DNA of 64,000 nucleotides from an uncultured Clostridia bacterium (GTDB lineage Bacteria; Bacillota; Clostridia; HGM11514): NCBI GenBank assembly GCA_934464705.1, contig CAKSKB010000008.1, positions 1,591 to 65,590 of the forward strand, read 5' to 3'. Shown piece by piece: positions 54,765 to 64,000 of this stretch (position 1 is its first letter; each line of letters starts with the position of its first letter). The notes under the pieces were generated by a model. It saw only the letters and a program-made list of their open reading frames with translations, ran no database searches and was not told where the DNA came from. The position numbers and the translations under genes were made by a program.

Positions 54765-55966
54765 GTAAACAACATTCCTTCCTTAACGCCGTCTGTCGAA
54801 AGGATAATATCATCATACATATGAATCTGATTTATTTCGGAATCATACACATTGCTTATCATGATATAATCCTCGCTTGAATAAACGATATTTATGGGGC
54901 GGAATTCCACAATGCCGCCCATAAGCGCGTAGACCCCGACAACATCGTTCTTTACCACAACCGCAGTTTTCGGAACCTTATACCCTTCGTAAACCTTCTT
55001 GACAAAAATCATTTCCGGCTTACGGTTGGTAAATGCGGAATTAACATCACGCGTGCACTGCACCGTAACCGTTACGCGCTTGTCGGAGGACGGGTCGGAT
55101 ATATCATAAACCGTAACGGGAATAAGCTCAGTGCTTTCGCTTGTGGTTTTGATATAGGCGCCGTCACCGATTTTAAGATTGTCCAGCTGGTTCACGGTAA
55201 GATTAAAGGCGTAGTACCAGCAATCGTTGTTGATAATCTTAAGATACGCATTTTTCGGTGCGTCGGTGCTGTAGTCAAGCCATGCGTCAATCGCTTCGGG
55301 GGTATAATATTCAATCTTGTCGGGCGTAACATCAGCTTCATAGCCGTCCACAACATGGGTCATAATACCCGAAGTTTTGCTGACAATATCCTCTTTTGAA
55401 AGCTCCGCCTCCATCTCGTCGCGCCTTGCCTGAAGCTCGCCGAGTTCGTTTGTCGGGCTGTCTTTTTTCCCTTCAAGCACAAGGCGGTTATCAAGGAGCC
55501 TGTCAAGCTGATATTTGTCTGCCGTTATGCCGGCCCCGTCAAAAGCCTGAGCCGCACTCTGAAGGTCGGTCACGCTTGACGCAATCTGGCTGTCAACCTT
55601 AGATGCGTCTTCATATGTCGTTTCAAGCCCGTACTGCTGCTTTTGCAGCTCTGCTATACGGTTATTTATTTCGGCAATCTTGTTGACCACCGTTTTTGAA
55701 GCGTCCTTACCGTAAACCATGCCGATAACAGACCCGGCAGATACACGGTCGCCCTCTTTTTTTGAGGTTTCGAATATAGTGTCGGCGTCCTTCTCATACA
55801 CCTCTTCATTGCGGATTACTATGCCTTGGACATCGATATAATCCTCAAAGTAAGTGTATGTTGCCTTTACGGTATTAAGCGATGATCTGAGTGTGCTTGC
55901 CAGACACACTGCGGCAATAACAGCCGCTGCGGCAATAACGCATATGGCTATTCGCTTATTTTTCAT
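54761..55966 (-). CDS. HlyD-like membrane-fusion-type protein (N-terminal TM, coiled coil, beta-barrel)
   Basis: TM helix IAICVIAAAAVIAAVCLA, a coiled-coil segment (IAEINNRIAELQKQQ...LQARRDEMEAEL), and a C-terminal beta-rich region. Sits in the ylm/dcw-like cluster between hfq and yggS. Confidence 0.5.
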   Translation of the reverse strand: MKNKRIAICVIAAAAVIAAVCLASTLRSSLNTVKATYTYFEDYIDVQGIVIRNEEVYEKDADTIFETSKKEGDRVSAGSVIGMVYGKDASKTVVNKIAEINNRIAELQKQQYGLETTYEDASKVDSQIASSVTDLQSAAQAFDGAGITADKYQLDRLLDNRLVLEGKKDSPTNELGELQARRDEMEAELSKEDIVSKTSGIMTHVVDGYEADVTPDKIEYYTPEAIDAWLDYSTDAPKNAYLKIINNDCWYYAFNLTVNQLDNLKIGDGAYIKTTSESTELIPVTVYDISDPSSDKRVTVTVQCTRDVNSAFTNRKPEMIFVKKVYEGYKVPKTAVVVKNDVVGVYALMGGIVEFRPINIVYSSEDYIMISNVYDSEINQIHMYDDIILSTDGVKEGMLFT

Positions 55967-56211
55967 CAGTCAATATTTTCCTCACCATTCATAATCTGCA
56001 CCGGCTTATACGGAATGATTGTCGAAATTGCGTGCTTGAAAACAAGCTGCTGCTTTCCGTCCGAATCAAGTATAACGGTAAAATTATCAAATCCTTTAAT
56101 CATGCCTCTGAACTGAAATCCGTTAGTAAGATAAATCGTAACCGAAATCCGGTCTTTTCTGCACTGATTAAGAAATACATCCTGCAAATTCATTGTTGTC
56201 TTGTTGTTCAT
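55966..56211 (-). CDS. hfq: RNA chaperone Hfq
   Basis: Sm motif [41 protein letters not shown]. Confidence 0.92.
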   Translation of the reverse strand: MNNKTTMNLQDVFLNQCRKDRISVTIYLTNGFQFRGMIKGFDNFTVILDSDGKQQLVFKHAISTIIPYKPVQIMNGEENID

Positions 56212-57140
56212 AACATCAGACCTCCTGTAAGTTTTTCTGCTTCATTTATGATACAGGGCAAAACTTTGCCCGTAACAGCTATTTTATTTATATCCTTGTC
56301 TGCGCCGAAAAAGCTTATCTGCCGCTTTGCATAGTTGCGGCTGCCCTGCTTTATGGCATCGATTGCTTCGGGGAGCGTCATGCGCCCGTCAAAATACGCA
56401 ATCATTTCTTTATATCCTATCGCCTGTGCGGCTGTGGACTTTAAAAACCTTTCGCTGCAGAGCCCTCGCACCTCCTGCTCAAGACCCTGCCTTATCATCA
56501 GGTCAACTCTTTTGTTTATGCGGTCGTAAAGCACCGCCCTGTCCCAGTCAAGCCCTATTTTCACCGCATTATATTTCGGCGGTGCGGAGGCTGCGGCAAG
56601 CCTGTATTCGGTCATGGTCATTCCCGTGACCTTATAAACTTCAAGCGCTCTTATAACACGCCTTACATCGTTTTCGTGTATGCGCCTTCCTGATTCGGGG
56701 TCGATTTCGGAAAGCCTTTTATGAAGCTGCGCATTGCCGTACTTTTCCGCTTCGTTCCAAAGCTCGTTTCTGTAATCCTCATCGGAATTTCCGCTCGAAA
56801 AATCAAGCCCGTTTATTACGGAATTTATATAAAGTCCCGTTCCGCCCGCCATAATCGGGATTTTGCCCTCGCTGTGCAGACGGTTTATAACTTTTTCCGC
56901 CGCTTCCGAATACTGCGCAACGGAGTATGATTCATAAGGCTCGGCAATATCTATAAGATTATGCTTTATGCCCTGCATTTCCTCTGCGGTAGGCTTTGCC
57001 GTGCCGATGTCCATACCCTTATAAATCTGCATTGAATCGGCGGACACGACCTCGGAATTGAATTTTTTTGCAAGTTCGACCGCAAGCGCCGTTTTGCCCG
57101 ACGCGGTAGGACCGGAAATAACAATAATCGGTTTCATCAA
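56208..57140 (-). CDS. miaA: tRNA dimethylallyltransferase
   Basis: P-loop [39 protein letters not shown]. Confidence 0.93.
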   Translation of the reverse strand: MMKPIIVISGPTASGKTALAVELAKKFNSEVVSADSMQIYKGMDIGTAKPTAEEMQGIKHNLIDIAEPYESYSVAQYSEAAEKVINRLHSEGKIPIMAGGTGLYINSVINGLDFSSGNSDEDYRNELWNEAEKYGNAQLHKRLSEIDPESGRRIHENDVRRVIRALEVYKVTGMTMTEYRLAAASAPPKYNAVKIGLDWDRAVLYDRINKRVDLMIRQGLEQEVRGLCSERFLKSTAAQAIGYKEMIAYFDGRMTLPEAIDAIKQGSRNYAKRQISFFGADKDINKIAVTGKVLPCIINEAEKLTGGLML

Positions 57141-58978
57141 ACAATCCTTTTGAACATTTTTTCAATTTCTTTTTTGGTAAGCGCAATTCTTATGGGTCTG
57201 CCGTGAGGGCAGGTCGGCGGAATCTTAAAAATATCCTCCGCAAGTTTCTGCATTTCCGATGCGGACAGTTTCCTGTTTGCCCTTATTGCGCTGTGGCAGG
57301 CGATGGAATAGAGCGCTTCGCTCTCGATGCTTCCCCTCGCCGCCTTTCCGTTCACACGGACAATATCGATAAGTTCCCTGAAAACCTCATCAATCCCGGC
57401 TTTATCGGAAACATACGGGGCACTTCTTATTATAAAAGAATTATCTCCGAAATCCTCAATTTCAAACCCAAGTTCACGGAAAACACCGATATTTTCCGAA
57501 ATTTCGCTGTGCTCGGTATGACTAAAGCTGAGGGTTATCGGTGCAAGAAGCGTCTGCGAAACGGGCGTTCCGCTGTCACGCTCCGCTTTAAGCCTTTCAA
57601 AATTCATTCTTTCGTGCGCTGCATGCTGGTCAACCAGCCACATCTCATCGCCGTACTGCGCAACGATGTATGTATCGAAAATCTGCCCTATTATTTTTAT
57701 ATCGGGGATATCCGATTTTTCCGTAAATGCAATTTCCTGCGGCGGCTGCGGAATCTCCTCCGGTTCGGCAGATTCGGGAATCTCCGTATTTACCGTTTCG
57801 TATCTGACAGGAGGTTCCTTCGGCGGCGCTGTTTTTTTATACATAACCGGAGGACGAATCTCTTCTTTTTCCTTCCTTTCAAACTCCGACTCAAACTTAA
57901 CCTCGCCAGAATAAAGTGCCGATATCTGCGGCTTTATTTCTGCCGTATCCTGCGGCGGCTCGATTTCTTCTGCCGCTTCAACCGAATAGTCCGCTTTGAA
58001 AATCGCGTTCTTTACGCCCCAGTATACCGCCGATGTCACAAGCTTTTCGTTTGAAAATTTGACCTCAATTTTCGCCGGGTGAACATTAACATCACATGTT
58101 ACGGGATCCACTGAAATATTAAGCACCGCAAACGGATATTTACCCTTCATAATTCCGTCCTGATACCCCTGTTCAAGCGCATAGGTAACGCTTCGGCTCT
58201 TGAAAAACCTTCCGTTGACAAAGAATGTTTCGTACCCTCTTGTGGAGCGGGTAAGATTTTCGTTTCCGCAAAAACCGGTCACCGAAACGCCGTTATCGGA
58301 AAAGTTGATTTCCCGAAGTTCGGCGGCATACTCCGCGCCGTAAACCGAATAGATACAGTTTTTCAGGTCGCCGTCACCGGGGGTATAAAGCTTCTCCTTT
58401 CCGTCGGAAATAAACCTGAAGGAAACCGACGGATTGCCGAGAGCCGCACGCACAACCGCATCAAACACTGCGGCAGCCTCTGCGGAATCCTTTTTCAGGA
58501 ACTTCATCCTTGCCGGAACATTATAAAAAAGATTGCGGACCGTCATGGTTGTTCCGTCGGGGCAGCCCGTTTCGCCGGAATCCGTAATCTTCCCGGCGTC
58601 GGTTTTGAGATAAAAGCCGAAATCGCTCATTTTCTGCTTCGTTATAACTTCGGTTTTTGAAACAGCCGCAATGCTCGCAAGCGCCTCGCCCCTGAAGCCC
58701 ATGGTTTTTATGTTATACAAATCTTCGGCATTCGTTATTTTGCTTGTTGCGTGCCTTAAAAACGCAGTCGGAACATCTTCCGGGGCGATTCCGGCACCGT
58801 CATCGGTCACACGGATAAGTTCGATACCGCCCTTCATTATTTCAACGGTTATTTTCCCGGCACCCGCATCAACAGAGTTTTCCGTAAGTTCTTTCACTAC
58901 GGAAGCCGGTCTTTCAACGACCTCGCCGGCTGCAATCATGTCCGCCACAAGCGAATCCAGCACATGAACCTTCCCCAT
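57137..58978 (-). CDS. mutL: DNA mismatch repair protein MutL
   Basis: GHKL ATPase motifs AAGEVVERPASVVKELTENSVDAG, DDGAGI, GFRGEAL. C-terminal dimerisation domain. Confidence 0.93.
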   Translation of the reverse strand: MGKVHVLDSLVADMIAAGEVVERPASVVKELTENSVDAGAGKITVEIMKGGIELIRVTDDGAGIAPEDVPTAFLRHATSKITNAEDLYNIKTMGFRGEALASIAAVSKTEVITKQKMSDFGFYLKTDAGKITDSGETGCPDGTTMTVRNLFYNVPARMKFLKKDSAEAAAVFDAVVRAALGNPSVSFRFISDGKEKLYTPGDGDLKNCIYSVYGAEYAAELREINFSDNGVSVTGFCGNENLTRSTRGYETFFVNGRFFKSRSVTYALEQGYQDGIMKGKYPFAVLNISVDPVTCDVNVHPAKIEVKFSNEKLVTSAVYWGVKNAIFKADYSVEAAEEIEPPQDTAEIKPQISALYSGEVKFESEFERKEKEEIRPPVMYKKTAPPKEPPVRYETVNTEIPESAEPEEIPQPPQEIAFTEKSDIPDIKIIGQIFDTYIVAQYGDEMWLVDQHAAHERMNFERLKAERDSGTPVSQTLLAPITLSFSHTEHSEISENIGVFRELGFEIEDFGDNSFIIRSAPYVSDKAGIDEVFRELIDIVRVNGKAARGSIESEALYSIACHSAIRANRKLSASEMQKLAEDIFKIPPTCPHGRPIRIALTKKEIEKMFKRIV

Positions 58979-58994
58979 AAGATATTCCTCCTTC

Positions 58995-61598
58995 CTACTT
59001 TAATTTATTTTGAAAGTCATACAGTTTATTGATAGCCTCAAGCGGTGTAACGGTAGAAAAATCCATTTTCCGTATTTCATCCGCAACTTCGCTTTCTGCG
59101 GAATCGCCGAAGCCCGTCTGGAAAAAGCCGTCATCCTCCGCATCTTTTGTGCGCACGGACCTTTTAACCGAAACTTCGCCGCCGCTTTCAAGCTCTTTCA
59201 TAATTTCCCTTGCACGGCGGATAACCGTATCCGGCACACCGGCAAGTCTTGCAACCTCAACGCCGAAGCTTTCGTCCGCTCCGCCCTTTATGATTTTGCG
59301 GAGGAATATAATGTCCTCGCCGCGGCGCTTTACGGCAATGCAGTAGTTTTTAACGCCGTCGATTTTACCCTCAAGTTCTGTAAGCTCATGATAATGTGTT
59401 GCAAAAAGGGTTTTTGCACCGATTTTTTTCTTATCGGCAACATACTCTATAACCGCCCTTGCAATTGAAAGACCGTCATATGTTGAAGTTCCTCTGCCTA
59501 TCTCGTCGAGAATCAGCAGGCTTTTTGCCGTAGCGTTTTTGAGTATGTATGCAACCTCGCTCATTTCAACCATAAATGTACTTCTGCCGGAGGCGATATC
59601 GTCCGACGCACCGACTCTTGTGAAAACTCTGTCCACAACGCCGATTTCGGCGGAAGCCGCCGGAACAAAGCTGCCAATCTGCGCCATGATTGTTATGAGT
59701 GCCGTCTGGCGCATATATGTCGATTTGCCCGCCATGTTCGGACCGGTTATAACTGCCAGGCGGCGGTCACCTCCGTCAAGTTCGGTATCGTTCGGCACAA
59801 AAAGCGAAGATTTCTGCATTGCCTCAACAACCGGGTGACGGCCGTCCTTTATAATTATCTTATCGCCGTTATTTACCTCGGGCATGGAATAATTGTTTTT
59901 AACCGCCGCTGCGGCAAGCGAACAGAAACAGTCTATCGCCGACACCGCTTTAACGGATTTTTGTATTCTTACGATATTTTTCGCCGCTTCGTCACGGATT
60001 TCCTCGAAAATTTTAAATTCAAGAGCGCACCTTTGCTCGTCGGCGTTGAGTATCGTCTGCTCAAGCTTCTTAAGCTCGTCCGTAATAAATCTTTCACCGC
60101 CGGTGAGGGTCTGCTTTCTTACATAGTCGGACGGAACATCGTTTTTGAACGAATTTGAAACCTCAATATAATATCCGAAAACCTTATTGAATCCGACCTT
60201 CAGCGATTTTATGCCGGTGCGTTCCTTTTCTCTTGTTTCAAGATCGGCAAGCCATGTTTTGCCGTTTGTGAGGGCATTTTTGAACTTGTCCACCTGTTCG
60301 TCATACCCTTCCCTTATCATGCCGCCTTCACGGACGGAAAAGGGCGGGTCATCGCAAATTGCGTCGCTGAGCATTTTGCAGATGTCCTCCATAGGGTCAA
60401 TCTCACCTGTTATCTCTCTTATATATGAAGACTTTGCGCTCTCCAGTATTTTTCTCAGCGGAGGAAGCACCGCAAGAGAAGTCCTCAAAGCGACAAGGTC
60501 TTTTGCATTTGCTGTTTTATAGACAATTCTCCCCAAAAGTCTTTCCACATCAAGCATATTTTTAAGAATTGCCGAAGTTTCATCACGCATAACCGTGTTT
60601 TTGTAAAAATCATCGACCGCACTTAAGCGTTTTCTGATTGCAACACAGGAAACAAGCGGCTGTTCAAGCCATTTTCTGAGCATTCTTGCGCCCATCGACG
60701 AACTCGTTTTGTCAAGAACCGAAAGAAGCGAGCCGCTTTTGGTTTTGTCGCGGATTGTCTCGGTTAATTCCAGGTTGCGCCTTGCGTTCTGATCCAAATC
60801 CATGTACTGCCCGTCACGGTACACGCTGACCTCGGTTATATGACTGAGCGGAATTTTCTGCGTTTGCGCAAGCACTTCAAAAAGCGCACCCGCCGCACGG
60901 TAGCAATAATCGTCCGCGTCATGGATTTCGGGTCTGCCGAAATGCCCGGCAATTCTCTGTTTTGCAAACTCAAGTTCAAACGCCCCTTCCTCGCAGGCGG
61001 ACGGAACTATCTTGAATTTTTCTTTAATATATTCTATGAAATTCTTGTCCTTATAAGTTTCTTCGTTAACTATAATCTCGCTCGGGTTAAAGCGTGCAAG
61101 TTCATTGCATATGTGAAACAAAAATCCGTCCCCCGAAAACGATGTGGCACTCATCTCGCCGGTTGTAACATCGGCAAACGCAATGCCTGCGCCGCCCGTT
61201 TCTTTGTAAACGCAGCTTATATAATTATTCTTTTTGGAATCGAGCGCATTGGGATCAAGGAGCGTACCGGGAGTTATAATCCTGATAACATCTCTTTTTA
61301 CAATGCCCTTTGCCGCCTTAGGGTCTTCAACCTGTTCGCATATTGCAACCTTATAGCCCTTTCCTATAAGTCTTGCAATATAAGAATCCGCCGAATGAAA
61401 CGGCACTCCGCACATCGGGGCGCGCTCCTCCAGACCGCAGTCTTTCCCGGTAAGCGTCAGTTCCAGCTCACGGGAGGCAACAACGGCGTCCTCAAAAAAC
61501 ATCTCATAAAAATCGCCGAGTCTGAAAAACACAACGGCGTCTTTATACTGCCCTTTTATATTCATATACTGCTGCATCATCGGTGACATTCCGGGCAT
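58995..61598 (-). CDS. mutS: DNA mismatch repair protein MutS
   Basis: Walker A GPNMAGKSTYMRQ, mismatch-binding N-terminus GDFYEMF, STFMVEMSE, DEIGRGTSTYDG. Confidence 0.95.
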   Translation of the reverse strand: MPGMSPMMQQYMNIKGQYKDAVVFFRLGDFYEMFFEDAVVASRELELTLTGKDCGLEERAPMCGVPFHSADSYIARLIGKGYKVAICEQVEDPKAAKGIVKRDVIRIITPGTLLDPNALDSKKNNYISCVYKETGGAGIAFADVTTGEMSATSFSGDGFLFHICNELARFNPSEIIVNEETYKDKNFIEYIKEKFKIVPSACEEGAFELEFAKQRIAGHFGRPEIHDADDYCYRAAGALFEVLAQTQKIPLSHITEVSVYRDGQYMDLDQNARRNLELTETIRDKTKSGSLLSVLDKTSSSMGARMLRKWLEQPLVSCVAIRKRLSAVDDFYKNTVMRDETSAILKNMLDVERLLGRIVYKTANAKDLVALRTSLAVLPPLRKILESAKSSYIREITGEIDPMEDICKMLSDAICDDPPFSVREGGMIREGYDEQVDKFKNALTNGKTWLADLETREKERTGIKSLKVGFNKVFGYYIEVSNSFKNDVPSDYVRKQTLTGGERFITDELKKLEQTILNADEQRCALEFKIFEEIRDEAAKNIVRIQKSVKAVSAIDCFCSLAAAAVKNNYSMPEVNNGDKIIIKDGRHPVVEAMQKSSLFVPNDTELDGGDRRLAVITGPNMAGKSTYMRQTALITIMAQIGSFVPAASAEIGVVDRVFTRVGASDDIASGRSTFMVEMSEVAYILKNATAKSLLILDEIGRGTSTYDGLSIARAVIEYVADKKKIGAKTLFATHYHELTELEGKIDGVKNYCIAVKRRGEDIIFLRKIIKGGADESFGVEVARLAGVPDTVIRRAREIMKELESGGEVSVKRSVRTKDAEDDGFFQTGFGDSAESEVADEIRKMDFSTVTPLEAINKLYDFQNKLK

Positions 61599-61613
61599 TT
61601 CAAAACCTCCAAA

Positions 61614-62000
61614 TCAGTGACATCCCCCGCAGGAACCGCAGTCTCCGCTGCACGACCCCTGACCTTTGGGAACAACATAAAAAGCAATTATGCTGTTAAT
61701 ATTTTTCATAAGTTCATCAAAGTTCTTTTTTGCTTCTATAAATTCATGAACAACGGGGTTTGCATCAAGTTCCGAAAACGCTTTGCCGAGGGAATCGCGG
61801 TAATTTTCCATTTCCTCTTTGGTCGGCTCCGCCGCCTGAACCTTCATAGCAAACTCGCTTGCCATTTTATTGTAATCGCCGAGAAGCTTAACCGCCTCCG
61901 GACTTTCATTTTTAGCCTTTTCCGCCGTCTGCATTCTCTTATATTCATCGGAGGCAGCCAGCATTTCTCCGAGTTCCCTTGCCTTTTCAAGAATATCCAT
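61614..62000 (-). CDS. YlbF/YmcA-family regulator-like protein with a C-terminal cysteine-rich tail
   Basis: 128 aa, helical (MDILEKARELGEMLAASDEYKRMQ...HEFIEAKKNFDELM), ending in GSCSGDCGSCGGCH. Sits between miaB and mutS. Confidence 0.6.
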   Translation of the reverse strand: MDILEKARELGEMLAASDEYKRMQTAEKAKNESPEAVKLLGDYNKMASEFAMKVQAAEPTKEEMENYRDSLGKAFSELDANPVVHEFIEAKKNFDELMKNINSIIAFYVVPKGQGSCSGDCGSCGGCH

Positions 62001-62014
62001 AAGTTATCTCCAAT

Positions 62015-63436
62015 CTATATAATTTCTCCGACCAAAGTCCATGTTTTGGCGGAGGTAATTTTCACATTTGCAAATTCACCCTCCGGCACTGCGCCCTCAA
62101 AATGGACAAGCTTTCCGCCGTCTGTTCTGCCGGAACTCATGTTCGGGTCGGTTTTTGACCTTCCCTCGCTCATAACCTCAAAGACTTTCCCCACAAGCTT
62201 ATCGTTTATTTCCTTTGAGATTTCGTTCTGAACCTCAAGAAGACGCTCAAAATTCTTCTGTTTATGTTCATGCGGAACATCATCTGCCATCTCCGCCGCC
62301 GGGGTTCCGGTGCGTTTTGAATAGATAAAAGTGAACAGCATATCGTAACGGACTTCTTTTATAAGACTTATCGTCTGTTCAAAGTCCTCGTCCGTTTCCC
62401 CGGGGAAACCAACGATAATATCGCTTGTAAGAGCAATATCCGGAACATAACTTCTCGCAAGCTTAACAAGTTCCAGATAGTGTCTGCGGTCATAGTGACG
62501 GTTCATCTGTTTTAAGATTCTGTCGCTCCCGCTCTGCACCGGCAGATGAAGCTGATTGCATATATTTTCATGCTTAGCGATAACGGAAATCAGCTTTTCG
62601 GTTATGTCCTTCGGGTGGGAGGTCATGAACCTCACACGCCTTATCCCCGGAACATTCGCCGCCGCCTCTAAGATATCCGCAAAATCAACCTCCGACTCCA
62701 AATCCTTGCCGTAGGAATTGACATTCTGCCCCAGAAGCATAATTTCACGCACGCCGTCATTTGCAAGCGCCGTTACCTCCTCAATTATTTTTTCGGGGGT
62801 ACGGCTTCTTTCCCTTCCTCTGACATAGGGCACAATACAATAGGTACAGAAATTGTTGCAGCCGTACATTATCGGCACACCGGATTTATATGAAAACTCA
62901 CGCTTTGACGGAATATCCTCCGCAATTTTACCGTCCGAATTTTCGACATCGAAAACACGGTTATCAAGAAACACTTCGTAAAGCATCCCGGGAAGACGGT
63001 AAAGCGCGTGCGTCCCGAATATCATATCCACATGCGGATACTTTTTCTTAATCGTTTCCGCGATTTGCTCCTGCTGCATCATGCAGCCGCAAAGACCTAT
63101 CTTAAGCGAAGGCTTTCTGCGTTTATGATGCTTCAGCGCCCCGACCTTGCCGTAAACCTTAAGCTCTGCGTTTTCACGCACCGCACAGGTATTGAAAATA
63201 ATCAGATCCGCCTTATCAAAATCGTCTGTAAAACCGTAGCCGACCTCTGCCAGAATTCCTTTTATGCGTTCCGAATCGTTCTCGTTCTGCTGACAGCCGT
63301 ATGTTTCAACGCACGCAAGAAGCCCAAGTCCGTCAAGCCTTTGTTTCAAAAGTTTTGCAAAGCCTTTTTGAACCTCAAGTTCCTTATCGCTTACAATTAT
63401 TTCCTTAGAGTCTCTTTTCACCGCATAATCACCCAA
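62015..63436 (-). CDS. miaB: tRNA-i6A37 methylthiotransferase (radical SAM, MTTase family)
   Basis: MTTase N-domain ETYGCQQNENDSE, radical-SAM CNNFCTYCIVP, TRAM C-terminus. Confidence 0.9.
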   Translation of the reverse strand: MGDYAVKRDSKEIIVSDKELEVQKGFAKLLKQRLDGLGLLACVETYGCQQNENDSERIKGILAEVGYGFTDDFDKADLIIFNTCAVRENAELKVYGKVGALKHHKRRKPSLKIGLCGCMMQQEQIAETIKKKYPHVDMIFGTHALYRLPGMLYEVFLDNRVFDVENSDGKIAEDIPSKREFSYKSGVPIMYGCNNFCTYCIVPYVRGRERSRTPEKIIEEVTALANDGVREIMLLGQNVNSYGKDLESEVDFADILEAAANVPGIRRVRFMTSHPKDITEKLISVIAKHENICNQLHLPVQSGSDRILKQMNRHYDRRHYLELVKLARSYVPDIALTSDIIVGFPGETDEDFEQTISLIKEVRYDMLFTFIYSKRTGTPAAEMADDVPHEHKQKNFERLLEVQNEISKEINDKLVGKVFEVMSEGRSKTDPNMSSGRTDGGKLVHFEGAVPEGEFANVKITSAKTWTLVGEII

Positions 63437-63498
63437 TGTACTGTAATTAATTTATTATATCACATTTTTCGCCGATTGCAAAGAGTTTTTAAAAAAAA

Positions 63499-63535
63499 AT
63501 TCATTTTTTTTCATAAAAATGAATTTCGGAGCAAA
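63499..63535 (-). terminator. Rho-independent terminator after the zinc-ribbon membrane protein gene
   Basis: aaattcattttt-tttcat-aaaaatgaattt hairpin with a 9-nt U-tract on the minus strand. Confidence 0.6.
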
Positions 63536-63581
63536 AAAGAAGGCTCTCCGCTTGGAAAACCTTCTTTGATTTCTGATTTAA

Positions 63582-64000
63582 TTATTTGTTGCAATTGGGG
63601 CAGGAGCCGTCATCGCCGAGTCTATTTCCGCAGTCGGAACAGAATTTGGGCGCTGCCTCAGTCTGTGCCGGTGCCTCGGGCGTCTGCACGGGAGCAACCG
63701 GAGCCGCAGGAGTTACGGGAGCCGCAGGAGTTACGGGAGCCGCAGGCCGCTGCTGAGCTGCCTCTCTTCTTGCATTGACTCTCTGCTGAATATCAGCCTT
63801 CATTTCGCTGATGTCGGGCGCTGAGAAGAAATCCTTTTGCATGTCGCCGTTCTGATTTTTAAGCTTAGAGTTAATCGAAATAACATTCTTTACAAGAATG
63901 ATAATAAGCATCAAAAGCTCGTATACAAGACGGATAATAATAGGACCGACAATCATAACGAGTATTCCGTAACCACCGAGCCATGAACTGCCGTAACTTG
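63582..64000 (-). CDS. Membrane protein with a Pro/Ala/Thr-rich repeat linker and a C-terminal zinc ribbon; the N-terminus runs off the window end
   Basis: The frame is open through position 64000 (SYGSSWLGGYGILVMIVGPIIIRLV...). Tandem PAAPVT repeats, and a C-terminal CSDCGNRLGDDGSCPNC zinc ribbon. Confidence 0.55.
   Translation of the reverse strand, partial: SYGSSWLGGYGILVMIVGPIIIRLVYELLMLIIILVKNVISINSKLKNQNGDMQKDFFSAPDISEMKADIQQRVNARREAAQQRPAAPVTPAAPVTPAAPVAPVQTPEAPAQTEAAPKFCSDCGNRLGDDGSCPNCNK

Noticed and set aside
63700-63770. Tandem 15-bp DNA repeats (gagttacgggagccgcagga x3), considered as a possible CRISPR or VNTR element
   Set aside because: They are in frame inside a CDS and encode a PAAPVT repeat linker. 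There are no spacers and no cas genes. Not CRISPR.

Overview
This is a chromosomal segment from a Firmicutes bacterium, most likely a Clostridia / Oscillospiraceae-type organism, judged from the cohesin, dockerin and SLH surface modules and from the yicC-remA-gmk-rpoZ-coaBC-priA-def-fmt-rsmB-rlmN-stp-prkC-rsgA-rpe and miaB-ylbF-mutS-mutL-miaA-hfq-(HlyD-like)-yggS-sepF-divIVA-ileS-lspA gene orders. Almost all genes are on the minus strand. Two accessory blocks interrupt the housekeeping backbone. (1) Positions 1-5557 and 20047-31318 carry cell-surface and carbohydrate-related genes: two cohesin-bearing surface proteins (one SLH-anchored), a stand-alone dockerin protein, two paralogous right-handed beta-helix proteins, putative glycoside hydrolases (DUF4091-like and DUF1680/GH127-like), an LplB/LplC-type ABC permease pair with no binding protein or ATPase, and a PTS-EIIC-like membrane protein. 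(2) Positions 33205-49790 carry the most unusual locus: a TetR regulator with a perfect palindromic operator, a 2303-aa secreted protein with an N-terminal PLAT/LH2-like domain and about 10 Ig-like repeats, a 2159-aa SLH-anchored giant surface protein, and then, behind its own terminator and promoter, a 735-aa protein fusing an XRE-type HTH to a dynamin-like GTPase (G1-G4 motifs present) with a glycine-zipper membrane paddle. That last gene lies about 700 bp from an orphan MreB paralog and a 72-aa four-Cys protein. No rRNA, tRNA, CRISPR array or transposase was recognised. All calls rest on reading the six-frame translations for motifs; no database search was possible.
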